Virus record (IMG/VR): IMGVR_UViG_3300025284_000066
Reading direction: 5' to 3' (one strand)
Length of the DNA stretch: 64,000 nt
Source of the DNA: an uncultured virus (IMG/VR IMGVR_UViG_3300025284_000066)
Lineage: Duplodnaviria > Heunggongvirae > Uroviricota > Caudoviricetes
A program made the position numbers and the translations under genes. This document shows, one piece after another, positions 56,701 through 64,000 of the stretch (positions within the stretch are counted from its first letter, which is position 1; the number at the start of each line of letters is the position of its first letter). The notes under the pieces are model-generated. The model did not search any database. It worked only from the letters and a program-made list of their open reading frames with translations, and had not been told where the DNA came from.

Positions 56701-59700
56701 ATCGGCCACTCCAGCCTGAAGAGGATCGCGCTGCCGGCCGAAACGGAAAAGGCCGTGCTGGAAGAGCAGATTACCGAGCTGGCCGACAGCATCGGCGAAA
56801 TGAAGCGCGCCCGCGGCGACCGGAATGTCGTGCGCGACATGGAGAGCATCAAGGCCCGCCTGGAAGCCCGCATGAAGCAGCGCGTGCAAGCCCTTGGCGA
56901 GCGCGACAAGGTGGTGACCTTCGACGAGCTCGGCGTCGATGCTTTCGCCATCGACGAGCTGCACGAGTTCAAGAACCTCTTCTACAACTCCACCATGGAG
57001 CGCGTGCCCGGCATGGGCAACCCCGGCGGCTCGGACAAGGCGTTCGACCTGTTCGTGAAGGCGCAGTACCTCTTCGACGCGCTGGGGGACAAGGCGCCGC
57101 TGATGGGCGCGACCGGCACGCCGGTTTCCAACAGCCTGGTGGAAATGTTCAATATGCAGCGGTTCCTGCAGTACCCGACGCTGAAGGCGCAGGGCCTGCA
57201 CGTCTTCGACGCCTGGGCCAAGCAGTTCGGCAGCGTGGAATCGCTGTACGAGGTGTCGCCGTCTGGGACCGGCTACCGCCAGGCCTCGCGCTTCGCCAAG
57301 TTCAAGAACCTGCCGGCGCTGATGGGCATGTACCAGACCTTCGCCGACACGGTGACGCTGGACGATCTGAAGGCGCAAGAGGAAGCCCGAGGCCGCACAT
57401 TCCCGGTGCCGCAGGTGGCCGGCGGCCGCCCGGTGAACGTGGTGGCGAAGCGCTCGCCGGAGGTGGCCAACTTCATGGGCGTGCCGCAACTGGACATCCA
57501 GGGCGGGCGAGTGCAGTTCGGGTTCAACCCGGCCGCTGGGGAGCGCGCAGTTATCGAGAAGGCCGAGGACGGCAACAGCTGGCGCGCCGAAACCCGCGTG
57601 CCGCAGCCCGACGAGAAGGAGATTCGGCAGCTGATCGGCTCGGCCAAGACCGAAGAGGATGCCAAGCTGCTGGTGGTCGAAGCCGCCCTGTCGCCCAAGA
57701 TCAAGGTGGACCCGAAGTCGATCCTCGGCCAGTTCGCCGACCTGAAGCGGCTGACGAAGGAAACGAAGGGGAAGGTCAACGCGCTGTCGCTGACCGGCCA
57801 AGCCAACAAGGCGGGCTTGGACTTCCGCCTGATCGACCCGTCGGCGCCCGACTTCGAGGGCTCGAAGATCAATCTCGCCGTCGACCGCATGCTGGGCACC
57901 TACCAGAAGTGGACCAGCGACCGAGGAACGCAACTGGTCTTCTGCGACCTGTCCGTGCCCCTCTCGGCACGCAGCGGCTTCGGCAGCAAGGAGCGGCGCG
58001 TGTACGTGCGAGACGACGGCGCCCTGGTGCACAAGAAGGGCACCATGCACACGGTTCGCGGCCACGAAGACTTGCCGTTCTTCGTGGTGAAGGAGGGCGG
58101 CAAGGACGCCAAGGCCTTCGCCATCTACGACGCCGCCACGGGCTTGCGCGTGCACGCCGGCCTGCCGGCCAAGGGCATTGCGACCGACTGGGCGGCGCAG
58201 GCCCTGAACGACGACGGCCGCCGCCAGCGCTGGATCGACGCCCGCGACCGCATCGGCGACCTCCAGCAGGACGAGATCGACGACTACAACAACGCCAACG
58301 AGATCGACACCGAGGAAACCGAATCGATCTCGCTGGCCGACATCGCAGGCATGTCGGGAGCCACCGCGTTCTCGGTGTACGACGACATCAAGGGCAAGTT
58401 GATGGCGCGCGGCGTGCCGGAGCGCGAAATCGCCTTCATCCACGACTACAACACGCCCGCAGCGAAGGACAAGCTGTTCAAGGCGGTGAATCGGGGCGAC
58501 ATCCGCTTCCTGCTGGGCTCCACGCCGAAGATGGGCGCCGGCACCAACGTGCAGGAGCGCCTGGTCGGGCTGCATCACATTGACGCGCCCTGGCGCCCGA
58601 GCGACCTGGAGCAACGCGAGGGCCGCATCATCCGCCGCGGCAATGCGCTCTATGCTCGTGACCCGGATGGTTTCGAGGTGGAAATCTACCGCTACGCCAC
58701 CGAGCAGACCTACGACACCCGCCGGTGGCAGATCCTGGAGCACAAGGCTCGCGGCATCGAGCAGCTGCGTAAGTACGACGGCACCCTCAACGAGATCGAC
58801 GACATCGAGGGGGAGGCCGCCAACGCGGCCGACATGAAGGCCGCCGCCTCGGGCGACCCGCTCATCCTGGAAGAAACACGGCTCCGCAACGATGTGCGCC
58901 GCCTCGAATCACTGCAAGCCTCCCACGCGGACGAAACGGCTTCGATGGTGCGCCAGGCGCGCGACCAACAACGCTTCGCGCAAGACTGGGGCCCGAAGGA
59001 GCTGGAAACGTTCCGAGGTCTGCAGGCTGCCGCCGAGGCCAACCCGGTGCCCAAGGATGGCTTCGCTGGCCTGACCGTTGCCGGGAAGACGATCACCGAC
59101 CGCGAAGCGGCTATCAAGGCCGTCAAGCGGGGCATCGATCGTGTGTTCGTAAGCGGCGGGCAGGAGGAGTTCCAGTACCGAGGCGTGACCTTCATGCTGG
59201 AAGGCACGCCCGACCACGTGGAGCTCAATTCGCCCACCGGTGGGCTGGATTCCTATCGGCCGGCCAGGGACGTGCTGCCGTCGGCGGCGGGCATCCTGAC
59301 CCGCTTCGGCAACTACATCAACCGTCTCCCGGCGCACATCGTCGACCTCGATGCGAAGATCACGGAAGCGAAGCAGGCGGCAGTGCAATTGCGCGAGCAG
59401 GCCGGCAAGCCATTCGCCCAGGCGAAGGAGCTGGAGTCAGCACGCGAGGCACATCGCCGGGTGCAGCGCCGGCTCGTGGCGAAGGGGCCGGACATCCCGC
59501 TGAACCAGCGACCCGCCCTGCAGAAGGCCATGGCCGAGCAGCGCCAGCAGCTCATCGAGCAGGGGTTCGGGGATACGCTCGAGGAGTTCGGCGGTGGCGC
59601 CGACGATGCGCAGTTCCGCCGGGACGGGACCGAAATGCTGTCGCCCGAGGCAGCCAGAGCCATGCGGGCGCTCCTGCCCAACTACTCGCCGCAGGCTCGC

Positions 59701-62700
59701 GCACAGGCTGTAGCGTCTGTGACCAAGACGGTGGAGGCGATTCGCGCCGGTTGGGGCAACGGGCCCGAGGTGATCGTGGCGTTCGACATGGGCGACCCGG
59801 TTGTGCCCGGGGCGGCCCGCCGCGCGGACCTGAAGCAGCGCAGCGGCGGCGCACGGGGCGCTCCCGAGGGCTTCTACTACCGTGGCAAGGCCTACTTGAT
59901 GGCCTCGCGGCTGCCCACGGCCAACGATGCGGCGCGCGTGCTCTTTCACGAAGTACTCGGCCACCACGGGCTGCGCGGCCAGTTCGGCAAGGGGCTGGAT
60001 GACGTGCTGAACCAGATCGGCACCATGCGCCGCGCCGACGTGGACGCGAAGATCAATGAATACGGGCTGCGCGGCGTCAACAAGCTCGACCGGCGCGCCG
60101 CGGCGGAGGAAGTCCTGGCCGAAATGGCGCAGACCCATCCCGAACTGCACTTCGTGCGTCGCGCCATCGCCGCGATCCGCACCTGGCTGCGCGAGCACGT
60201 GCCGGGCTTCAGCAACCTGCGGATGACGGACGACGAGATCGTGCGCAACTTCATCCTGCCGGCTCGGCGCTTCGTTGAGCAGGGCGGCCCGGACGGCGGG
60301 CCCAGCGACGGGCTGCGCTTCAGCCGTGGTGACGCGGGCCCCGCCTCGACCAACAGCCTCGATGCCCCCATCGCCGCCGACGACGACGGTGTAGCGAACT
60401 TCTGGCACTGGTACAGTGGGCAGGATGGAAGCCTCAAAGACACCCGAAGCGGCACGCAAGGATCTGGAGGAACTGCTGGCGGAGCTGCCGCCGGTGGGCC
60501 CGGCCGAGATGGCGGCGCATCTGGGCGACTCGGACCCGTTGATGCGCAAGGCCGCCCGCTCGTATTTTTCCACGGCACGCGAGACGACTTCACCGCGTTC
60601 GATACCGAGCACCCAAACCGAAAAGACGTAGGCTGGCTTGGCCGCGGCGTCTACGGTGCGAGCGACCCGGCGGACGCCAACTACTATGCCGGCGCAAAGC
60701 GCGGCGGCGGTGGGCAGCGCGTCATGCCGCTGTACTTCGCGGTCACGAACCCCTACGTTGCCACGCCGGAAATCAAGGCCCGTCTGAAGCGGGCCACGCA
60801 GGCGCAGGTCGATCGCTTCACGGCAAACCTGCGCGCGATGGGGCACGACGGCGTGACGCTCACTGCCGAAGATGGCTCGGTGGAGATCGTCGCGTTCGAT
60901 CCCAGCCAGGTGAAATCGGCCATCGGCAACAGTGGGGCATTCGACGCTGGCACCTCGGACATCCGGTTCAGCCGATCCACGGTGCAGGACTTCGCCAAGA
61001 AGGCCACCGCCGAGCTCAATAAGACTTTCAATGCGCCCGGCAAGTTGTCCTGGTGGCACAAGACCGTGGGCACCATGTACAACCTCGCGGAGCGTTCGCC
61101 AGCCTTCAAGGCGGTGTTCGACTCAGCGCAAGGGTTCGTCGACGACGTGAGCTTCTACGCCAACGACGCGGCCGAACTGGCGCCCAAGCTGCTGCCGAAG
61201 CTGGAGACGTGGCGCGACATCAAGAAAGCGCCGGTGGCCGCGGCCGACAACGCCGCAGTGGCGAAGCCAGTCTTCGAAGGCACGCTGACCTGGGCGCGAG
61301 ACGAACAGGGCAAGCCGGTACCGGTGCAGTCGCTCATCGACGCGGCGGCCGAGCTGTCGGCCGACCAGAAGGCGCAGCGCCTGCTGCGAAACGGGCAGAT
61401 CGACGAGCGCATGCTGAAGGCATGGCAGGGCATGCCCCTGGAGTCCTACGAGAAGGCTATCAATACGCGCTTCGAGTCGCGCATGCTGCAGCCGGGCGTC
61501 GTCTGGACCGATGCGGAGCTGCGCTCCATGTTCAAGCTCTCGGACGATCAGATCGCGCTCTACCACGAGTTCCGCGAGACGACCGACCGGAGCCTGGACA
61601 CGATGGCGCGCGCCGACATGCTGCGTTTCGTGGGCGACGATGCCAAGGGCATGCGTGGCATGGTGATGGATGCGCCGGATGCCCAGGCGGCGGCCGTGCT
61701 GCTGCGCGATCACCTGGTGCAGCTGGCCAACGAGCAGCCTGACCGCGCGACCCAGATCCTGAATACCGCCAACGGCATCATCGACCGGGCCGACAAGGTG
61801 CGCGACCTGCAGGCCCGTGGGTATGCGCCGCTGTCACGCTTCGGCCGCTACTCGGTCGACGTGGTGGACGCTGCCGGCGAGCGGCAGTACTTCGGCCTGT
61901 TCGAGACGGCACGCGAGGCCAACAATATGGCCGCCCAGATGCGGGAGGAGTTCGGCGATGCCACCGTCACCCAGGGCACACTGTCGGAGGAGGCCTTCAA
62001 GCTCTTCGCTGGCGTGACGCCCGAGACGCTGGAACTCTTCGGCAATGCCCTCGGCCTCGATTCGACCGGTGACAGCGCGCAGGACCAGGCTTTCCAGGAA
62101 TACCTGCGGCTGACGAAGACCAACCGCAGCGCAATGCGGCGGCTGATCCATCGCAAGGGCATCGCCGGTTTCAGCGAAGACGTGGGCCGCGTGCTGGCTT
62201 CCTTCATCTACTCGAACGCGCGCCAGACGGCCGCCGGCCTGCACATGGGCGACCTCGGCGAGGCGGTGCAGGCCATCCCGAAGGAACAGGGCGAGCTGAA
62301 AGATGCCGCCGTGCGCCTGGCCGACTATGTGAAGAACCCGCAGGAGGAGGCGCAGGCGGTGCGCGGGCTGCTGTTCGCGCAGTACCTGGGTGGCTCGGTG
62401 GCGTCGGCGTTCGTGAACATGACCCAGCCTATCGCGGTGACGATGCCGTGGCTGAGCCAGTACGGCGGCGCGCGCGCGGCGGCCGCGCAGATCGGCCGGG
62501 CCGCGAAGAACATCGCCACGCGCGGCTTCGAATACGAACCGGATCTCGCTGCGGCGCTCAAGCGCGCCGAGGACGAGGGGACCGTGAGCCCGCAGGAGGT
62601 GCACCAGCTGATGGCGCAGGCGCGCGGCGCGAGCTCGCTGCGCTCCGGCGATGGCACGCGCGGCGGCGAGCTGCGCGCGATGGGCCAGAACGCGCTGTCG

Positions 62701-63852
62701 CGCTTGTCGCTGGCATGGGGGAAGCTCTTCGGCGCCGCCGAGCAGGTGAATCGCCGCATCACCTTCATCGCGGCCTACCGAACGGCGAAGGCGCAGGGCA
62801 TCGAAGACCCGGCAGGATTTGCTCGCAAGGCGATCACCGAGACGCAGTTCCTCTACTCGAAGGCGAACAAGATGGAGTGGGGCAGGGGGGCGATCGGCGG
62901 CACGCTGATGACCTTCAAGACCTACTCGGTGGCTTACCTCGAGCTGCTGCACCGCATGTACACGCAGGGTGGGCCAGAGGGCAAGCGCGCCGCGCTGCTG
63001 GCGCTGGGCATGCTGATGCTGATGGGCGGCGCCGGCGGGCTGCCGTTCGAGGAAGACCTGGAGGATGCGGTCGACGCGCTGGCGCAGATGCTCGGCTACA
63101 ACTTCTCGACGAAGAAGGCCCGCCAGGAATTTCTGGAGAGCCTGCTGCCGAAGCCGATCGCGCAGTTCATCGACAAGGGCGTGAGCGGTCTGCCCGGCGC
63201 GCCGCTGGATGTGTCGGGCCGCCTCGGCATGGGCAACCTGATTCCGGGCACGGGCCTGCTGCTGGAGAAGACCAGCCACGCGCGCGACCTGCTGGAGATC
63301 GCGGGCCCGGCCGGCGACTTCGCCAGCCGCATCCTCTCCGGCGGCCGCAGCATGCTCACTGGCGACGTGGGCGCCGGGCTGCTGGAAATGTCGCCCGCAG
63401 CGGTGCGCAACGCGGCCAAGGGCGTGGACATGGCCGCGACCGGCATGTATCGGGATGCCAAGGGCTACAAGGTGCTGGACACGAACACGCTGGAGGCGGC
63501 CCTCAAGGGCATCGGCTTCCAGCCGAACAGCGTGGCCACCATCCAGGAGGCGAACGGCATCAACCAGGGCGCGAAGGCGTTCTACAACCTGCGTGCGCAG
63601 GAGATCCGGGCGCTGTGGGCACAGGGCGTGTTCGAGGGCGACCAGCAGAAGGTGCAGGAAGCCCGCGACCAGGTTGCCGCGTGGAACCGGAAGAACCCTG
63701 AGCAGCCGATGCTCGTACGCATCCCCGACGTGATGCGCCGGGTGCGGGAAATGCGCAAGTCCAAAGATGAGCGGATCGCTGATACCGCGCCGCGGGCGAT
63801 GCGTGCTCAGATGCGCGAAGAGGCGGCTCGGGCACGTGCCGACACCATGTAG
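50725..63852 (+). CDS. Giant DarB-like polyvalent virion protein (InPase-like, N6 MTase, SNF2 helicase, zincin, ART-like, PLxRFG)
   Basis: ENP...HYGY...DGDHVDVF; EPAVGTG...GNPPF; VGAGKT...DELH...ATGTP...QREGRIIR; HEVLGH; FHGT...GVY...GHDGV...EIVAF; PLSRFG. Confidence 0.92.
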   Translation: MAGETLKPFDGQLDTTPHNLTPFSGELDPPDAKRTVLGTVKDVGVTALKGAVGLPQSVVGLADIVTGGRAGKALEQAGVGFEETQKFLDDQYSDAQKAANRKVQAADGFVDTAKTMLENPSTIATSVGESIPQMLGGAGVARGLLKVAPKIAPAIAGAIGEGVLGAGSQAEQIRQETQDGLLTPKQAALSAATGAATAGFGALGGRLAQRLGIGDADTMLAQGAIHGAGPASQRSLARQVGAGMLSEGVLEELPQSMSEQALQNLALDKPVGEGVGKAAAAGLLAGGAMGGGAALLHGATGQHAPNQAEPGSAERVPGEQLSLLPVDEAPAAAAASELPAVAGGLASVQRTFDPRDPGSRPPLDVMPTAPTDGVEFEAAPQVAREFSTGNLSLADEAQPVRPSEKMGLDPAAGPLSTAAAMAVDGGAHDVMNAAAQLAAQAEAADGKGTKPAAASPAPASVPMANVNAETGEISGQPQDREAELRARLEFVRQQAASNGWDQRLIAERDSARAELAALAPAAAAPTSVQEGIAQARARRAAPESAPQPKGEALGTQADQAQQAGTQQAPAGTEAPAAEPIASATTLTPAPAAPAVPNAKREKAVRRVEEGRAWFLSRDKAQSFVDTSGLADTHEVVPDNRRFVVQAKAEQPAQDAQPQTAAPADQLADLRRRRAEAEPGTPLRRDIDNDIAALEREQQQAVRRPEAVAPVDAAANEAATSPQNDLPEPSQAQKEAGNYKMGHLSGDEVQGLRISVENPHGSTRSGTSPDGTEWSNTMAAHYGYVKGSEAADGDHVDVFVGPAAATAPTVYVVDQINADGSYDEAKALMGFNSEAEALAAYKGSYNKGWKVGPVTAMSMDDFKAALADGRLKKPLSSTLSESVRESSPAPAAQRATTMETARTALASYFDWYLSRNPKASRPMGGIYQGNSFTLDSGGAPFTKAGQVQVNGFKELTFNYTAAWKEAQSRAAAAAPAAAPIAATNAGDENGRNAGTVPTERLPAADQGSDARDAGAGDRDRQPVDARVAEAGEGADRGERVPAGAEGAGGGRAEGVQRLRESAPGEARDSRVVRPERQSADAVADPATAEASPKPELDQSGDHTLDADDIGKGGLTKKYRDNIAAIRILKALASESRKATPEERKQIARYVGWGALKGVFDPQNKQWAKEFAELRELLTDAEYKAARASMLNAHYTAPVVVNGIYDALERMGFTAGRVLEPAVGTGNFFGLMPASMRKRSQLHGVELDPLTSQIAAALYPSAKVARATAFQDFQAPSEYFDLAVGNPPFGSEPIVDDDRSPYSGFSIHNYFFAKSIDKLRPGGLLTMVVSHNFLDAKNEAARQWIADRANLVAAVRLPRTAFKENAGTDVVTDIVVLQKKTESERANGLGDAAWVKVGQQTLTNPKTGEATQHNVSSYFLTNPDAVLGTPVAAGAMYRLGEYTVEPSGDLAQQLKAWATALPEDLYQPVERTHEQEAADVVVPDGVKVGSFYVDDSGRVQMRGPDSLGNRTAEPWTPPNVKAAERMKGMVGLRDALRAQMRLERSPDSTDGQIEQHRRELNRLYDGFQSKYGYLNDPTNRRIFLDDTESALVLALEFDYDRGVSKAVAEREDIEPRAPKAIKADIFARRVMFPPADNIKVSNAKDALLASLNYKGRLDAAYMATLYDKSPAQIVSELGDVVYADPVNGLVMADEYLSGDVKTKLAEAEAAARDDPALRRNVEALRKVIPADKRPSEIHAAMGAAFIPPELFQQFAKEVTGAEARVTYLRATGQWLVDYTSQPNPALNTAKWGIGRMTAQNIFMRTMAGQGVVVTDTIRDPNGGTRTVVLEKETEAAREKQAAMKAEWQRWLWSDPERADRVAGIYNDKMNRIVVRRFDGSHMTFPGMSPAMELLPHQKDAVWRALQQRQILLDHVVGAGKTFEVVAAIMEMRRLGIARKPIVTVPNHLTLQWRSEFSRLYPAANVLAATPDDFTKGNREKFFSKIVTGDWDAVIIGHSSLKRIALPAETEKAVLEEQITELADSIGEMKRARGDRNVVRDMESIKARLEARMKQRVQALGERDKVVTFDELGVDAFAIDELHEFKNLFYNSTMERVPGMGNPGGSDKAFDLFVKAQYLFDALGDKAPLMGATGTPVSNSLVEMFNMQRFLQYPTLKAQGLHVFDAWAKQFGSVESLYEVSPSGTGYRQASRFAKFKNLPALMGMYQTFADTVTLDDLKAQEEARGRTFPVPQVAGGRPVNVVAKRSPEVANFMGVPQLDIQGGRVQFGFNPAAGERAVIEKAEDGNSWRAETRVPQPDEKEIRQLIGSAKTEEDAKLLVVEAALSPKIKVDPKSILGQFADLKRLTKETKGKVNALSLTGQANKAGLDFRLIDPSAPDFEGSKINLAVDRMLGTYQKWTSDRGTQLVFCDLSVPLSARSGFGSKERRVYVRDDGALVHKKGTMHTVRGHEDLPFFVVKEGGKDAKAFAIYDAATGLRVHAGLPAKGIATDWAAQALNDDGRRQRWIDARDRIGDLQQDEIDDYNNANEIDTEETESISLADIAGMSGATAFSVYDDIKGKLMARGVPEREIAFIHDYNTPAAKDKLFKAVNRGDIRFLLGSTPKMGAGTNVQERLVGLHHIDAPWRPSDLEQREGRIIRRGNALYARDPDGFEVEIYRYATEQTYDTRRWQILEHKARGIEQLRKYDGTLNEIDDIEGEAANAADMKAAASGDPLILEETRLRNDVRRLESLQASHADETASMVRQARDQQRFAQDWGPKELETFRGLQAAAEANPVPKDGFAGLTVAGKTITDREAAIKAVKRGIDRVFVSGGQEEFQYRGVTFMLEGTPDHVELNSPTGGLDSYRPARDVLPSAAGILTRFGNYINRLPAHIVDLDAKITEAKQAAVQLREQAGKPFAQAKELESAREAHRRVQRRLVAKGPDIPLNQRPALQKAMAEQRQQLIEQGFGDTLEEFGGGADDAQFRRDGTEMLSPEAARAMRALLPNYSPQARAQAVASVTKTVEAIRAGWGNGPEVIVAFDMGDPVVPGAARRADLKQRSGGARGAPEGFYYRGKAYLMASRLPTANDAARVLFHEVLGHHGLRGQFGKGLDDVLNQIGTMRRADVDAKINEYGLRGVNKLDRRAAAEEVLAEMAQTHPELHFVRRAIAAIRTWLREHVPGFSNLRMTDDEIVRNFILPARRFVEQGGPDGGPSDGLRFSRGDAGPASTNSLDAPIAADDDGVANFWHWYSGQDGSLKDTRSGTQGSGGTAGGAAAGGPGRDGGASGRLGPVDAQGRPLVFFHGTRDDFTAFDTEHPNRKDVGWLGRGVYGASDPADANYYAGAKRGGGGQRVMPLYFAVTNPYVATPEIKARLKRATQAQVDRFTANLRAMGHDGVTLTAEDGSVEIVAFDPSQVKSAIGNSGAFDAGTSDIRFSRSTVQDFAKKATAELNKTFNAPGKLSWWHKTVGTMYNLAERSPAFKAVFDSAQGFVDDVSFYANDAAELAPKLLPKLETWRDIKKAPVAAADNAAVAKPVFEGTLTWARDEQGKPVPVQSLIDAAAELSADQKAQRLLRNGQIDERMLKAWQGMPLESYEKAINTRFESRMLQPGVVWTDAELRSMFKLSDDQIALYHEFRETTDRSLDTMARADMLRFVGDDAKGMRGMVMDAPDAQAAAVLLRDHLVQLANEQPDRATQILNTANGIIDRADKVRDLQARGYAPLSRFGRYSVDVVDAAGERQYFGLFETAREANNMAAQMREEFGDATVTQGTLSEEAFKLFAGVTPETLELFGNALGLDSTGDSAQDQAFQEYLRLTKTNRSAMRRLIHRKGIAGFSEDVGRVLASFIYSNARQTAAGLHMGDLGEAVQAIPKEQGELKDAAVRLADYVKNPQEEAQAVRGLLFAQYLGGSVASAFVNMTQPIAVTMPWLSQYGGARAAAAQIGRAAKNIATRGFEYEPDLAAALKRAEDEGTVSPQEVHQLMAQARGASSLRSGDGTRGGELRAMGQNALSRLSLAWGKLFGAAEQVNRRITFIAAYRTAKAQGIEDPAGFARKAITETQFLYSKANKMEWGRGAIGGTLMTFKTYSVAYLELLHRMYTQGGPEGKRAALLALGMLMLMGGAGGLPFEEDLEDAVDALAQMLGYNFSTKKARQEFLESLLPKPIAQFIDKGVSGLPGAPLDVSGRLGMGNLIPGTGLLLEKTSHARDLLEIAGPAGDFASRILSGGRSMLTGDVGAGLLEMSPAAVRNAAKGVDMAATGMYRDAKGYKVLDTNTLEAALKGIGFQPNSVATIQEANGINQGAKAFYNLRAQEIRALWAQGVFEGDQQKVQEARDQVAAWNRKNPEQPMLVRIPDVMRRVREMRKSKDERIADTAPRAMRAQMREEAARARADTM
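52382..52483 (+). CDS. Candidate nested +1-frame basic peptide (33 aa)
   Basis: AAAGGAG RBS 6 nt before TTG; MALKPTKPSKQARNKRRQEQKRQQLSQSRPPQR. Confidence 0.35.
   Translation: MALKPTKPSKQARNKRRQEQKRQQLSQSRPPQR
53687..53968 (+). CDS. Nested +1-frame gene (93 aa) inside the giant ORF
   Basis: AGGAG RBS 6 nt before ATG; globular-looking helical protein, while the host frame is a low-complexity linker. Confidence 0.7.
   Translation: MDEMQELYRPNDYPPPIKEAMRAMPALATEIANRWMLGWPKRVKALIEASEFLRALKEQEEAERRAYSDSGNRHLARHEIAELYGLSDSPPTL
60425..60631 (+). CDS. Nested +1-frame gene (68 aa) at the start of the ART-like domain
   Basis: Extended -10 TGgTACAGT 7 nt before ATG; host frame is a Gly-rich insertion here. 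Confidence 0.5.
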   Translation: MEASKTPEAARKDLEELLAELPPVGPAEMAAHLGDSDPLMRKAARSYFSTARETTSPRSIPSTQTEKT

Positions 63853-63958
63853 TGGTTTGCGCTCTTCGCGCTGCGGTGCCTACTTTGGGGCGTTGCGGAG
63901 CATGAGCCCTCTCCGTAGCCGAATTTGCCCCGCTTGAGCGCGCTATGCTCCTGGAGCC

Positions 63959-64000
63959 ATGAAGCACTACCTTGCCCTACTTGTCACTCTCGCCAGTTCG
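63959..64000 (+). CDS. 5' end of a probable secreted protein (truncated by the window)
   Basis: GGAG RBS; MKHYLALLVTLASS signal-peptide-like start. Confidence 0.4.
   Translation, partial: MKHYLALLVTLASS

Larger units (their letters stand above)
1..64000. mobile_element. Temperate podovirus-like prophage (both ends probably lie outside the window)
   Basis: Integrase, cI/cro, replication, terminase, portal, capsid, tail and ejection genes in phage order; no long tail tube or tape-measure module recognised. Confidence 0.95.

Noticed and set aside
53722..58743. Very long antisense ORFs (1673 aa here; also 49246-53106, 31525-34320, 37645-40089)
   Set aside because: Shadow ORFs of GC-rich coding sequence on the opposite strand; no motifs or RBS, and typical antisense composition
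63844..63886. CCATGTAGTGGTTTG...TACTTT as another late promoter
   Set aside because: Dyad and spacing both deviate; possible but not supportable
1..64000. CRISPR array, tRNA/rRNA genes, att sites, lysis cassette
   Set aside because: None recognisable; att and lysis genes probably lie outside the window, since it starts at the int stop codon and ends just after the giant gene

Overview
The window is most of a GC-rich temperate, podovirus-like prophage; a Burkholderiales-type host is inferred, not shown. It starts exactly at the integrase stop codon. Left to right it holds: integrase/excisionase; a leftward early operon (HNH, DUF4031, ASCH, DUF2303, YqaJ exonuclease, ERF); a cI/cro switch with seven 17-bp operators; a rightward early operon (N4/N6 and C5 methyltransferases, replication protein, RuvC-like, NinB-like, DUF1364, wHTH); accessory genes; terminase, P22-like portal, scaffold, N4-gp56-type capsid, head/tail and ejection genes; and a 4375-aa DarB-like polyvalent protein. 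No att site or lysis cassette is visible. The most notable unexplained structure is: (1) three small ORFs overprinted in the +1 frame inside the giant gene, each with its own RBS or promoter; (2) a phage CsrA/RsmA-like gene with three identical GCGCAGGAGTGC hairpin sites in front of tail genes; (3) a dyad late-promoter motif CCCT-GT-AGGG at a fixed distance from a -10 box, in 6-7 copies; (4) three highly structured putative RNAs directly behind those promoters; (5) a multidomain protein ending in a gp49/66-type (Acb4-like) domain. All family assignments come from motif recognition by eye; no searches were run.
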